64,000 nt of DNA from Chiloscyllium plagiosum (lineage: Eukaryota), in assembly GCF_004010195.1 (NCBI RefSeq), contig NC_057718.1, positions 90,169,274 through 90,233,273 of the forward strand, given 5' to 3'. The position numbers and the translations under genes are program-made. Positions 1 to 10,630 of the stretch are shown here, piece after piece. Under the pieces are notes generated by a model. The model was not told where the DNA came from, did not search any database, and worked only from the letters and a program-made list of their open reading frames with translations. The number at the start of each line of letters is the position of its first letter. The first letter of the stretch is position 1.

Positions 1-789
1 TTCCTCAGTCTCCCCCCACAGCGATCCACCATTCCCCAATCCCCCCCATTCCCCCTTTCCCAGTTGGTCTCTCCTTTCCCATTGTCGACCTTGAAATTTT
101 ACCCAATTCCCAACCTTCAATTGTTCCTGAGAGATCACTCTGTCTGGACTTGCTGCGACATCAGCTTATATTAAAAAAAAGACAAACCATGGTAAAAATA
201 GTCCTGTTGGGGTGAATCTAAAACATTCTCAAAATAACCCAGGTGCTGTTCTTCTTCGCTCCTGTATATCAGCAATTGATGTGTCTTCTCATGAAATACA
301 CCTTAACTGACTCGAGTTCTCCTTATTCCTAATCTGTTAATGGGAGAAGATGATCTTTATCATTGGCCTGAATAAACAGGCAGATACACAACCTCAACCG
401 AGTTCCTGTCCAGAGTAATGTTAGCGATGGGACAGCATCTAACAAAGATGCTCAATTCTTAATGATCCACCATGAGATTGTCACTGGAGTTGCCGATTCG
501 AGTGCTTGATTGAGAAAATTATCATCATTTTCACAGGTTATTTTCCAAAATGATTGCATCAAGAATGTGCAGCATCCTGATTATTAAACATCTGCAATCT
601 GATTCATTTCCTTTATTAGAAAAACCCCTTGAGTTGTCATTCTCCTCCTTGCACATTTTAAAACATGGCCTCAATTATTTAGCGGGGGACTGAGTGGTTT
701 CTGTTTTGTATCTGCTGAAATCAGTATTCTCTGCTACGCCCTATTCCATCAGAGCCTTCAGACCGCAGTTATACTGACTTATTTTGGTG

Positions 790-836
790 TGTGAAATGTC
801 TGGGTCGTCTGTTGGGCTCAAAATGTTAACTCTGTT

Positions 837-871
<35 letters not shown>

Positions 872-920
872 GAGGCTGCCAGGCCTAGTAGGTTTCTTCA
901 GCAATTCCTGTTTACATTTG
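790..920 (+). mobile_element. Decayed PLE terminal-repeat fragment (family C) containing a (CT)n(CA)n microsatellite at about 836-870
   Basis: aatgttaactctg...acagaggctgccagg...cagcaatt is the reverse complement of the motif set at 6155-6270. Confidence 0.5.
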
Positions 921-1200
921 TGAAAGGTTTGCTCTGCTCTTTTCTCATATCAGCCTACTCCCCTCTCCCCAATCCCCTATTCCTCACTTTACCCTATCTC
1001 CCCATTCCCCACTCTCCTCAATCCCCCATTCCTTNNNNNNNNNNNNNNNNNNNNNNNNNNNNNNNNNNNNNNNNNNNNNNNNNNNNNNNNNNNNNNNNNN
1101 NNNNNNNNNNNNNNNGAGCCAGAGCTCTCTGTATTTTTGAAAGTTCACTGTCCTTCCAAAGGCACAATACAGTTGGTTGCACAATTCTTCCACAGATATT

Positions 1201-1406
1201 CAAAGTTAAAAATCACACAACACCAGGCTATAGTCCGGATTAGAGTGGTACTGGAAAAGCACAGCAGGTCAGGCAGCAAACCACCTGACGAAGGAGTGGC
1301 GCTCCAAAAGCTAGTGCTTCCAATTAAACCTGTCGGACTATAACCTGGTGTTGTGTGATTTTTAACTTTGTCCACCCCAGTCCAACACCGGCATCTCCAA
1401 ATCATG
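1201..1406 (+). mobile_element. Fold-back PLE-derived element (family B) with hammerhead-like core and an internal family-A fragment
   Basis: 36-bp inverted repeats 1201-1236/1335-1370 (one mismatch); CTGACGA at 1285-1291, stem ggag/ctcc, then aaaa where GAAA is expected; about 36-nt one-sided tail 1371-1406. Confidence 0.7.
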
Positions 1407-1626
1407 ACAGGTATTCAACAAAGTCACAACCCTGTTCTATCTCTCGTGGGACTCTTTCTCTTAAGTCAAACGTTGCTGGGCTGTGAATTCCTCTCTCCCC
1501 ACAGTGACTGAGGAGCATTGGAAATAGGAATGAAAAGAGACCATTTGGCCCCTCAAGTCTACGACACCATTAAGCCAGATCATGGTTGATTGTTTTTACT
1601 AGATGTCCTCATTCCACTGTGCCATA

Positions 1627-1836
1627 CAGGTCGTTCTTCTGTAATGCGATGGTTGGGTTCTGGTGCAACCCCGCGTTATAGAAAAATCGCTCTTTAGAAA
1701 CAGTGCTTAAAGTGTTGGCGATGTGATCACGTTACAGCCAATGCACATTTTAAAAGTTTGCGCTGTGGAAACAGCGTCCCCAATTCATCAATTGCGTTCC
1801 AGTGAATTTGTGGCAATGAAATACACATTTTGGCTG
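1627..1836. mobile_element. Tigger/pogo-like (Tc1-mariner) non-autonomous element, right end decayed
   Basis: TA|CAGGTCGTTC start and CTG|TA end; internal repeated cgcgtt/gcgtt motifs. Confidence 0.5.
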
Positions 1837-1879
1837 TATGTGCACAACTTAATTCTGGAGATTTTTTGAATTTTTAACA

Positions 1880-2090
1880 ATTCATTTGTGGCCTGTGGGC
1901 GTCGCCGGCTGGGCCCAGCATCTATTGCCCGTCCCCTAGTTGCCCCTTGAGAAGGTGGTGGCGAGCGGCCTCCTTGAACCGCTGCAGTCCACCTGCTGTG
2001 GGTTGACCCACAATGCCCTTAGGGAGGCAATTCCAGGACTTTGACCCAGCGACAGTGAAGAAACGGTGACATATTTCCAAGTCAGGATGG
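1880..2090 (-). mobile_element. 3' end of a second CR1-like LINE family (tail donor of SINE-B)
   Basis: Reverse complement reads caccaccttctcaaggggcaactaggggacgggcaatagatgctgg; the same tail recurs at 19030-19110 and 35150-35240. Confidence 0.65.
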
Positions 2091-2333
2091 TTCTTGCGTT
2101 CTAATGAACTTTCTCACACAATAAATCTTATACACTTTCTTTTAGAAATTGAGGTCTAGCATTTATCCTTACTTGGACCATTTAGATTTTAATCCATTTT
2201 CATAGTTACAGTAGTGCAGGAATGATGGGCCAAATGGCCTCCTTCTATGCTGATTGTGCAATAACAAGACACTGGTTCATACTTTGGAACAAAGAAATCA
2301 GAAATAACTGTAGGAAAGGAGTTTTTCTCAATA

Positions 2334-2475
2334 CAGAACAACCTTGGTTATCCAAACATCAATTATCCAAAGTTCGGATTATCCGACCAAGATCTCCAGG
2401 ACCCGTAAAAACATTATCAGTTATCCGAACAAAATGCCCCCTGCCCATCTCGTTTGGATAACTGAGGTTGTTCTG
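2334..2475. mobile_element. Tigger/pogo-like MITE, 142 bp
   Basis: 24-bp TIRs CAGAACAACCTTGGTTATCCAAAC / GTTTGGATAACTGAGGTTGTTCTG (2 mismatches), TA on both sides. Confidence 0.85.
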
Positions 2476-2536
2476 TAATTACCTGATAGCATTCTGCATC
2501 CCTTTATCCTTCAATATTTTCACACATTGAGAATTG

Positions 2537-2888
2537 TTTTTATTTGTTCATGGGATGAGGATGTCACAGGCCAGGCCAGGCCTGCATTTGCTGCATCCCT
2601 AATGGCCCAGAGGGTAGTTGCAGGCCAGCCACATTGCTGTGGGTCTGGAGTCACATGTAGGCCAGGCCAGGTAAGGGTGGCAGTTTCTTTCGCTAAAGGA
2701 CATTAGTGAACCAGGTGGGCTTTTCCCTAAAAATTGGCAATGGGTTCATGGTCATCATTGCCCTCCTCATTCCAGATTATTATTGCATTCAAATTCCATC
2801 ATCTACCACGGCAGGATTTGAGCTCAGGTCTCCAGGATGTTACCTGGATTAACAGTTCGGCGATAATGCCACTAGGCCATCGCTTCCC
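2537..2888 (-). mobile_element. tRNA-derived SINE, non-HE1 family (SINE-B)
   Basis: Reverse complement begins with A-box-like tggcctagtgg; homologous to the copies at 6803, 7543 and 23693. Confidence 0.75.
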
Positions 2889-3039
2889 CTAAGGATGCTG
2901 TAATTTTCTATTTGTGGTTGATCAGAGATGTTGGACCCATATCTCCAGGTGCTCACCTGTTTTCTCTCTGCATCACCAACCTCCATTACACAAATGCACT
3001 TCCTGTTTTAGCTCTTTCCTTGTTCTGTTTGGCAGGAGG

Positions 3040-3258
3040 GAGGTCAGTTAGCTCAACTGGCTGGATGGCTGATTTGTCATGCAGAGTGATACCAGCAAAA
3101 GTGGGTTCAATTCCTGCACTGGCTGAGGTTACCATGAAGGACTCTCCTTCTCACTCTCTTCCCCTTCACCTGTGGTGCGGGGTCCCTCAGGTTAAACCAT
3201 CACCAGCACGGCCTGTCTAGGATGACAGAGCGGCTGTGCTGGTGACGTTATCTTTAGT
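3040..3258 (+). mobile_element. tRNA-derived SINE, third family (SINE-C)
   Basis: A-box-like ttagctcaactgg and B-box-like ggttcaattcc; homologous to 57788-57965 (+) and 33935-34050 (-). Confidence 0.65.
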
Positions 3259-3395
3259 ACAGAGGCTCTGAACCTCTTTTGGCTCTGAACCTCTTTGGCT
3301 CTGGGATGTTTCCCGCAGGAGAGCAATTCCACAGACCCTGCACCACAAGACCTTTCAGTGCACAAAAGGTAATTATACTGTTTTACAAAGAGTGA

Positions 3396-3683
3396 GAGAA
3401 AGCGAGGACTGCAGATGCTGGAGAGTCAGAGTCGAAAAGTGTGGAGTTGGAAAAGCACAGCAGGTCAGGCAGCATCCGAGGAGCAGGAGAATCGACATTT
3501 CAGCATTAGCCCTTCATCAGGAATGTAGGCAGTGAGCCCCCCCACCCCTGCCGCCCCCGCCTCCATCATTCCCCGCCCCCCAAACCCACATTCCTGATGA
3601 AGGGCTAATGCCGAAACGTTGATTCTCCTGCTCCTCGGATGCTACCTGACCCGCTATGCTTTTCCAGCACCACACTTTTCGAC
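3396..3683. mobile_element. Fold-back PLE-derived element (family A) with hammerhead cores on both strands
   Basis: 96-bp inverted arms 3431-3526/3588-3683 around a 61-nt C-rich spacer; 35-nt one-sided tail 3396-3430. Confidence 0.8.
3589..3625 (+). ncRNA. Minimal type I hammerhead ribozyme motif (activity untested)
   Basis: CTGATGA (3594-3600) A GGGC TAAT GCC GAAA CGTT; ACGT palindrome at stem III; stem I only 2-3 bp. Confidence 0.6.
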
Positions 3684-3790
3684 CGTGTTTAACCAAGAAT
3701 CCAACGCAGCCTGACAATCGCTCTGCTACTGTAACAAAGTGGTCAGTTACTTCTGTACAGTCTGAATGGTGATGGTATGGGTGACTCTGG

Positions 3791-3804
3791 GTTGCTGTGG
3801 CAAC
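3791..3804. promoter_or_regulatory. RFX X-box-like palindrome
   Basis: GTTGCTGTGGCAAC; GT instead of AT at the centre. Confidence 0.3.
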
Positions 3805-3884
3805 ATGTGCTTTTTAACTGCATGTGGCAGCCAGATGTAACGGATAGTGATGGTGGAACCTCTGATTCCCCTTCTGTTAGGGAT

Positions 3885-4140
3885 CCCACATTTAAGACAG
3901 AGACGAGGAGGAATTTCTATTGTCTCAGGGGGTGGTGCACCTGAGGAATTCTTTACTGCAGAGGGCTGCTGAGGCTGGGTCCTTAAGCTTATTCAAGGCT
4001 AATAGACAGATTTTTAAACACAAAGGGAATCAAGGGTCATGGGGGAAAGGCAGGAAAGTGGAATTGAGGATTGTCAAACCAGCCTCATTGAATGGCGGAA
4101 CAGACCCGATGGGCTGAATGGCCTACATTCTCATTTTATC
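3885..4140 (+). mobile_element. CR1-type LINE 3' fragment
   Basis: gaggaggaatttc...ttgaatggcggaacagac...gggctgaatggcct tail shared with several copies in the window. Confidence 0.7.
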
Positions 4141-4350
4141 GTGTAATGTTAGGATCTGGCCAATTCTGTCAGATTCAACTTTATCCTTTGAGTAACTCTC
4201 TGTTGATGGGGATTATTGTACACACACTCTTCATAGCGAGTTTCATGTATGAACTTTCTAATAAGCATTCTACACATTGCTTAGAATTACTTAGACTAAA
4301 AAGACTTTGACCACCTGCCATTAGTGTAGTTTGGAAGGACTTATAAGATG

Positions 4351-4531
4351 ATTAGATTAGATTCCCTACAGTGTGGAAACAGGCCCTTCGGCACAACAAG
4401 TCCACACCGACCCTTCAAAGAGTAACCCACCCAGACTCATTTCTCTCTGACTAACTCACCTAACACAATGGGCAATTTAGCATGGCCAATTCACCTGACC
4501 TGCACATCTTTGGATTGTGGGAGGAAACTGG
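4351..4531 (-). mobile_element. HE1-type V-SINE, 3' half
   Basis: Tail attagattagattccctacagtgtggaaacaggcccttcgg and core gcaatttagcatggccaat. Confidence 0.85.
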
Positions 4532-5221
4532 ATTGGCCACACTTTTCAACTCTGATCTCCAGCATCTGCAGTTCTCACACAGCAATATGATTCACTCAAC
4601 TGCCCTCTAGGCAATAAATGGCTTGGCCAGCGGCACCCTCCTCCTGCAAATGAATAAAAAAAGCCATTAATTTGCCTTGGTAAATATGACTGCCCCAATC
4701 ATAGCCTCATAGTATAGTTACAGGACAGAAGGGGGCTATTTGGTCTGTCACAGCCATGCTAGCTCTCTTCAAGATCAACTTAGCTAGCTCCACCCTCTTG
4801 CTTTTTTCCTAAAGCCCAGAAAACATTTCAATGTCAGCTGAGTGTCCAATTCTCTTGACAAGACCTGAATTGAACATGCCTCCATCCCACCCTCATTTCA
4901 GCTGCTAGCCATGTGCTTCATAAACAAGGCTTTTCCAAATGTCAGCATTGCTCCTTTTGCCAATCACCTCAAATCGATGGTATCTGGTTCTGAACACTTC
5001 CACCAATGTGAACAGTTTCTCTCTGTATACTCTGTCCAGACCACAGATGGTTTTATGATACCTCTATCAGATTTCCTGTTAATCTGTGGAGTGGCATGGT
5101 GGTTCAGTGGTTAGCAGTGCTGCCTCATAGCGCCAGGGACCTGGGTTCAATTCTAACCTAGGTCTGTATGGAGGTTGCATGTTCTCCCTTTGTCTGCAAG
5201 AGTTTCCTTCCACAATCCAAA

Positions 5222-6015
5222 GATGTGCAGGTTCAGGTGGATTGGCCATGCTGAATTGCCCCACAGTGTTCAGGTATGCGTAGGTTAGGGTGGATTGGCC
5301 ATGCTGAATTGCTCCATGATGTTCAGGGATGTGTAGGTTAGGGTGGATTGGCCATGCTGAATTGCCCTATAGTGTTCAGGGATGTGTAGGTTAGGGTGGA
5401 TTGGCCATGCTAAATTGCCCATAGTGTTCAGGGATGTGTAGGTTAGGGTGGATTGGCCATGCTAAATTGCTGAAAATGTGTTGCTGGAACAGCGCAGCAG
5501 GTCAGGCAGCATCCAGGGAACAGGAGAATCGACGTTTTGGGCATAAGCCCTTCTTGCTAAATTGCCCCATGATGTTCAGGGATGTGTAGGTTAGGGTGGA
5601 TTGGCCATGCTGAATTGCCCCATAGTGTTCAGGGATGTGTAGGTTAGGGTGGATTGGCCATGCTGAATTGCCCNNNNNNNNNNNNNNNNNNNNNNNNNNN
5701 NNNNNNNNNNNNNNNNNNNNNNNNNNNNNNNNNNNNNNNNNNNNNNNNNNNNNNNNNNNNNNNNNNNNNNNNNNNNNNNNNNNNNNNNNNNNNNNNNNNN
5801 NNNNNNNNNNNNNNNNNNNNNNNNNNNNNNNNNNNNNNNNNNNNNNNNNNNNNNNNNNNNNNNNNNNNNNNNNNNAATTGCTCCATAGTGTTCAGGAATG
5901 TGTAGGTTAGGGTGGATTGGCCATGCTAAATTGCCCATAGTGTTCAGGGATGTGTAGGTTAGGGTGGATTGGCCATGCTAAATTGCCCCATGATGTTCAG
6001 GGATGTGTAGATTAG
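5222..6015 (+). repeat. 52/53-bp minisatellite derived from the HE1 core, about 9 visible units plus an N gap
   Basis: Unit gatgtgtaggttagggtggattggccatgctaaattgcccatagtgttcagg starts near 5222, 5275, 5328, 5381, 5433, 5581, 5634, 5897 and 5949. Confidence 0.9.
5471..5555 (-). mobile_element. PLE family-A fragment inserted in the minisatellite
   Basis: Matches the arm of the 3396 element; flanked by gctaaattgc at 5461-5470 and 5556-5565. Confidence 0.75.
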
Positions 6016-6154
6016 GTGCATTAGTCAGGGGTAAATATAGGATATTAGGGTGGGGGAGTGGGTCTGGGTGGGTTACTCTTTGGAGGCTTGGTGTGGATTT
6101 GTTGGGCCGAAGGGCCCGTTTCCACACTGTAGGGATTCTACGATTCTTCGATAG

Positions 6155-6275
6155 AAAGAACTACGGATGCTAGAAATCTGAAACAACAATGGAAATTGCT
6201 GGAAAATCTCAGCAGGTCTGACAGCATCTGTGGAGAGAAGTCAGAGTTAATGTGCAGTTCTGAAGGAGGGACTCT
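6155..6275 (-). mobile_element. PLE terminal-repeat fragment (family C)
   Basis: ggatgctagaaatctgaaac...attgctggaaaatctcagcaggtctgacagcatc parallels the family-A layout. Confidence 0.55.
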
Positions 6276-6387
6276 ATGAGTTCCAGTTATCCTATCTTGT
6301 GCCCTATTGATAAAGTGCAGGATTGTGTCTTTGTTATTATCCACACTCCCCAAGCTCTCCAGTGATTGGTACATGTTTACCTGCATT

Positions 6388-7240
6388 TAATTCTGGTCTC
6401 TCTGCTGCAGGAAAGATGTTGTTAAACTTGAAAAGGTCAGAAAAGATTTCCAAGAATGTTGCCAGGGTTGGAGGGTTTGAGCGACAGGGAGAGGTTGAAT
6501 AGGCGGGGGCTGTTTCCCCCTGATTGTCGGAGGCTGAGGGGTGACCTTAGAGAGGTTCACACCAGCATCAGAGCATGGATAGGGTGAATAACCAAGGGTA
6601 GCGGAGTCCAAAACTACAGGGCATAGGTTTAAGGAAGGATTTAAAAGGGACCTAAGGGGCAACTTGTACATGCAGAGGGTTGTGTGTGTATGGAATGAGC
6701 TGCCAGAGAAAGTGGTGGAGGCTGGTACAATTGCAACATTTAAAATGCATTTGGATGGGTACATGAATAGGGAAGGGTTTAGAGGGATATGTGCCAAATT
6801 TCGGGTGGCAATGTCCTAGTAGTATTGTCACTACAAAGTTAATCCAGAGACCTAGGTAATGTTCCATGGACCCAGGTTTGAATCCGACCACGGCAGATGT
6901 GGAATTTGAATTTAAACCAAAATCTGGAGTTAAGAGTCTAATGGTGACCAGGAATTGATTGTCGGGAAAAGCCTATCTGGTTCACTAATGTCCTTTAGGG
7001 AAGGAAACTGCCAATCTTACCTGGTCGGCCTACATGTGACTCCAGACCCACAGCAATGTGGTTGACTCTTAACTACTCTCTGGGCAATTAGGGATGGGCA
7101 ATAAATGCTGGTCTAGCCAGTGTCGCCCTCATCGTGTGAATGAATTTAAAAAAGGGACTAGATTTATTTAGGATATCTGGTTGGGATGGACGGGTTGGAT
7201 CGAAGGGTCTGCTTCCATGCTGTACAGCTCTCTGACCTCC
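6388..7240 (+). mobile_element. CR1/HER1-type LINE 3' fragment split by SINE-B
   Basis: ORF2 C-terminal motif WNELPEKVVEAG; the 3'UTR resumes at about 7155 after the SINE. Confidence 0.85.
6803..7153 (+). mobile_element. SINE-B, near full length, nested in CR1
   Basis: tRNA-like head, B-box-like ggtttgaatcc, tail gggatgggcaataaatgctgg...gaatgaatttaaaaaa. Confidence 0.8.
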
Positions 7241-7542
7241 AAGTCTCTCTGCTCCTTCACACTGTTTGGAATTGTATTGCCTTTCCTCATTCTTTCTCTG
7301 AAAACGATTCACTTAACACTCCTTGTAACTGTAATTGTAAAGTTGTTGATATCTTCTATCTGATTATCTTCTTTGCCAATAAGATAAATATTTAAATTCT
7401 GAAAAGTAGTCTGACAATGATAAATTGGGAATCTCCTTCTCACTGAGAAACAAAATGTTCACTGTTCCTATCTGAGAATGGAACAGTACAATGCAAATAT
7501 AAAATTGATCATTTGCAGAGGCAATTTGTAGAAAATTATAGT

Positions 7543-7862
7543 TTTTAAAATTCATTCATGGCTTGTGGATGCCTCTAGCTAGGTCAGCTTTTATTGCCCA
7601 GAGGGCAGTTAAAAATCAGCCACTTTGCTGTGGGTCTGGAGTCACGTGTAGGCCAGACCGGATAAGGATGGCAGTTTCCTTCCCTACAGGGACATCGGTA
7701 AACCAGATGGGGTTTTCCCAACAATCAACTCACGGTCACCATTAATTCAAGATTTTTATTGCATTCAAATTCCACTGGTGGGAGTTGAACCCAGGTCTCC
7801 GGAACATCACCTGAGTCTCTATATTAACAGTTTTTCTAATACGATTAGGTCGTCACCTCCCC
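7543..7862 (-). mobile_element. SINE-B
   Basis: Homologous to 2537-2888. Confidence 0.75.
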
Positions 7863-8964
7863 TTGTTTAATGTTGTTGTTCTGAAAATTACTTAACCAGG
7901 AATCGGCGTTCATAACATTGGTAAGTGCAGCCAGCATTTCAGGTGCAAACTATTTTTTCCATCTTCAGAGATGGATCGAACACGTAGCTCTCCAATCTCA
8001 ATCAAGCTGTCCTCACAAAATCAATACCCTTAACTTTGCAATTCTATTTAAAACCAGGCTGTTTGTTATTGCGTTACATGGACTGGCTGGTCAATCATGT
8101 CATGGGGCAATAGCCTAGGGTGTATAAACATGCTCACTATGGTTCACAGTGAATTACTGCTACTGAGAGCTGGTATGTACAAGACAGGCTGAATTACCTT
8201 GTTTTGTGCTTCAGCCATTCTACAATTCTATTTCAGATAGTCAACCTTCAATTTTATGAGCTGTACCTTATCTGTTTACAGTATCTATCTAATTATCTAA
8301 CTGCAGTGGATAACAAAAGTTTGTTTCCAAGAAAACTCTGGGGAGAACTAAGTGCTTTCTGTCTGTGGGCCGAACCCTTTTAAAAAAAACTTGCTTTCAA
8401 ATTCTTTCAAAAGTGACATGAGACCATTCTCTCTTTTCTAAATGCAGCATCCATTCCCATCCAAATCAACCTGTCACCTAGCATCCTGTAAACTGTCACA
8501 TTTGGAGGTGTTACTTTTGATTTGCAAACCCTATGTGACATCCTGATTGGATCAATAATTACATTCGTAACCTGGTAACCTCTCATTGGCCCGTGAGGCT
8601 GAGAAACAGATGGCAGCTTTGCGTAAGGGACTGTTTAAGAAAAAAAATGAAAGGAAGCCCGTCGTTTGTGGTTGGTCTGTACTGACCTACCTCCCTTTGA
8701 ATTTCCACAGGGATCGAAGATAGCATTTGCCAGCAGCAATCATTCAAGCAACAAGACCACCCTTTGCTGCAGCAATTAATTTATGATTAATCTTGGAATG
8801 TGTAGTCTCCTGACACATAGCATCTGAGCTTAAAAAGGGGTCTGGGTAAATTCAATACTTCATCATTTTAGCAGCTGACATAAGTCCTCAATGCAATTGG
8901 CAAAAGATTTATTGAGATGTAAACCTTCCTCAGATTATTGTAATGCAGTGCCATCTAATAGATT

Positions 8965-10630
8965 GTAGAACATAGAACATCACCGCACAGGAGCAGGCTA
9001 TTCGGTCCTCGATGTTGTGCTGAACATGACGCCAAATTAAACAAATCCCTTCTTCCTGACCTGGTCCATATCCCTCCATCTCTTACATATTCATGTCCTT
9101 ATCTAAAAGTCCTTTAAATGCCCCTATTGTATCTTCCCGCACTACCATCACTCTGGCAGCATGTTCCAGACTCCTACCACTCTCTGTGTAAAACACTCGC
9201 CCCTCACATCTCCTTTGAACTTTCCCCCTTTAACTTTAAATCCGTGCCCCCTAGTATTAGATAGTTCAACTCTGGGAAATGGATTCTGACTTTGAATTTT
9301 ATAGCCTTCTCTCAAGTCTCCCCTCAGCCTCTGCTGCTCCGGAGAAAACAACTTCTAGCTTTCCCTTATTGTTCATAGCCTCTAATCCAGGCAGCATCCT
9401 GGTAAACCTCTTCTGCACCCTCTCCAAAGCCTCCACATCCTCCTTGTAATGTGGTGAATGCAATACCCTAAATGTGCCCTCAGCAAAGTCTTATAATACT
9501 GCAACATGACATTCTGACTCTTGTACTTAGTTCCCTGACCAATAAAGGCGAGCATCTTCACCACCCTATCCACTTGTGTGGCCACTTTCAGGGAGCTATG
9601 GACTTGAACCCCAAGATCCGCCTGTACATCAATGCTGTTCAGGCTCCTGCCATTAACTGTATATTTTTCCTTAACATTTGATCTCTCAAAGTACAGCATA
9701 GAGTCATACAATTACAGCATTTAAAAGATCTCTGGATGGGTATGTGAATAGGAAGGGTTTAGAGGGATATGGGCTAAGTGCTGGCAAATGGGACTAGATT
9801 ACTTTAGGAAATCTGGTTGGCATGGACAAGTTGCCTTTTAAATGCTTTAGCCTCCGCCACTTCTTCTTGCAGCTGATTGCAAAGAGGCACCACACTCTGC
9901 ATGAAAGGTTGCACTTTGAACCTATGCAGTCTCACACTGGACTCCCCCACCCCAGGAAAAAGATCTTGTCTCTTTAACCTATCCATGACCCTCATGATTG
10001 TGTAAACCTCTATAAGGTCACCCCTCAGCCTCTAACACTCCACTTCACACTTACCCGGATCAAACTCCATCTGCCATTTCTCCGTCCATAGCTGCAACTG
10101 ATCTATATCCCACTGTATCCTTTGACAACCTTCTACCCAATTCACAACTCCACCGACCTCTGTATCGTCTGCAAACTTACTAACCCACCCTTCTACGTTT
10201 TCATCTGAGCCATTTAGGTAAATCACAAACAGCAGAGGTCCTAGTACGGATCCCTGCAGAACCCTTCCAGCCAGAGAAACACTCTTCTACCACTACCCTC
10301 TGTCTTCTATGGGCAAGCCAGTTCTGAATCCATGAGGCTAAGTACCATGGACCCCATGCATCTTAATCTTCTAGATGACCCTATCTTGAGAGCGGTGAGG
10401 AGAAAGGTTTTTTACTCAGAGGGTTTGTGAATGTTTGCAGTTCTCCTTGCACAGTGGGCTGCGGAAGCACAGTCTTTGAGTATGTTTAAGGTAGGAATCG
10501 ATAGATTTCTGATTCCCAATAGCATACAAGCTTATGGGAATGATGTGGACAAACAGGATTGAAGCGTTCAATCAGCCATGATCATATGGGGCAGACTTGA
10601 TAGGCTGAATTGCCTACTGTCCCTATATTC
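8965..10630 (-). mobile_element. Cluster of CR1-type LINE fragments, mostly minus strand, with plus-strand pieces near 9710-9830 and 10395-10630
   Basis: Minus-strand translations include SKFADDTEVGG (RT), DLGVQVHSSLKVATQVDRVVK and TRGHGFK. Confidence 0.8.

Larger units (their letters stand above)
5092..6142 (+). mobile_element. HE1-type SINE with internal tandem expansion
   Basis: tRNA-like head at 5092, normal tail near 6140, array in between. Confidence 0.85.

Noticed and set aside
1..1034. C-rich ccccattcc-type tracts at 1-110 and 955-1034
   Set aside because: Low-complexity sequence next to a gap and the window edge; not telomeric TTAGGG, and no function can be supported.
920..1243. 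ORFs spanning N gaps (also 5591-5938)
   Set aside because: Open only because N codons contain no stops.
3396..3683. Pre-miRNA or DNA-transposon MITE reading of the hairpins
   Set aside because: Asymmetric tail, solo truncated arms, an 11-bp TSD at another copy and hammerhead cores fit PLE termini better.
5222..6015. CRISPR-like regular repeats
   Set aside because: Units are contiguous with no unique spacers, derive from the HE1 SINE core, and the DNA is vertebrate.
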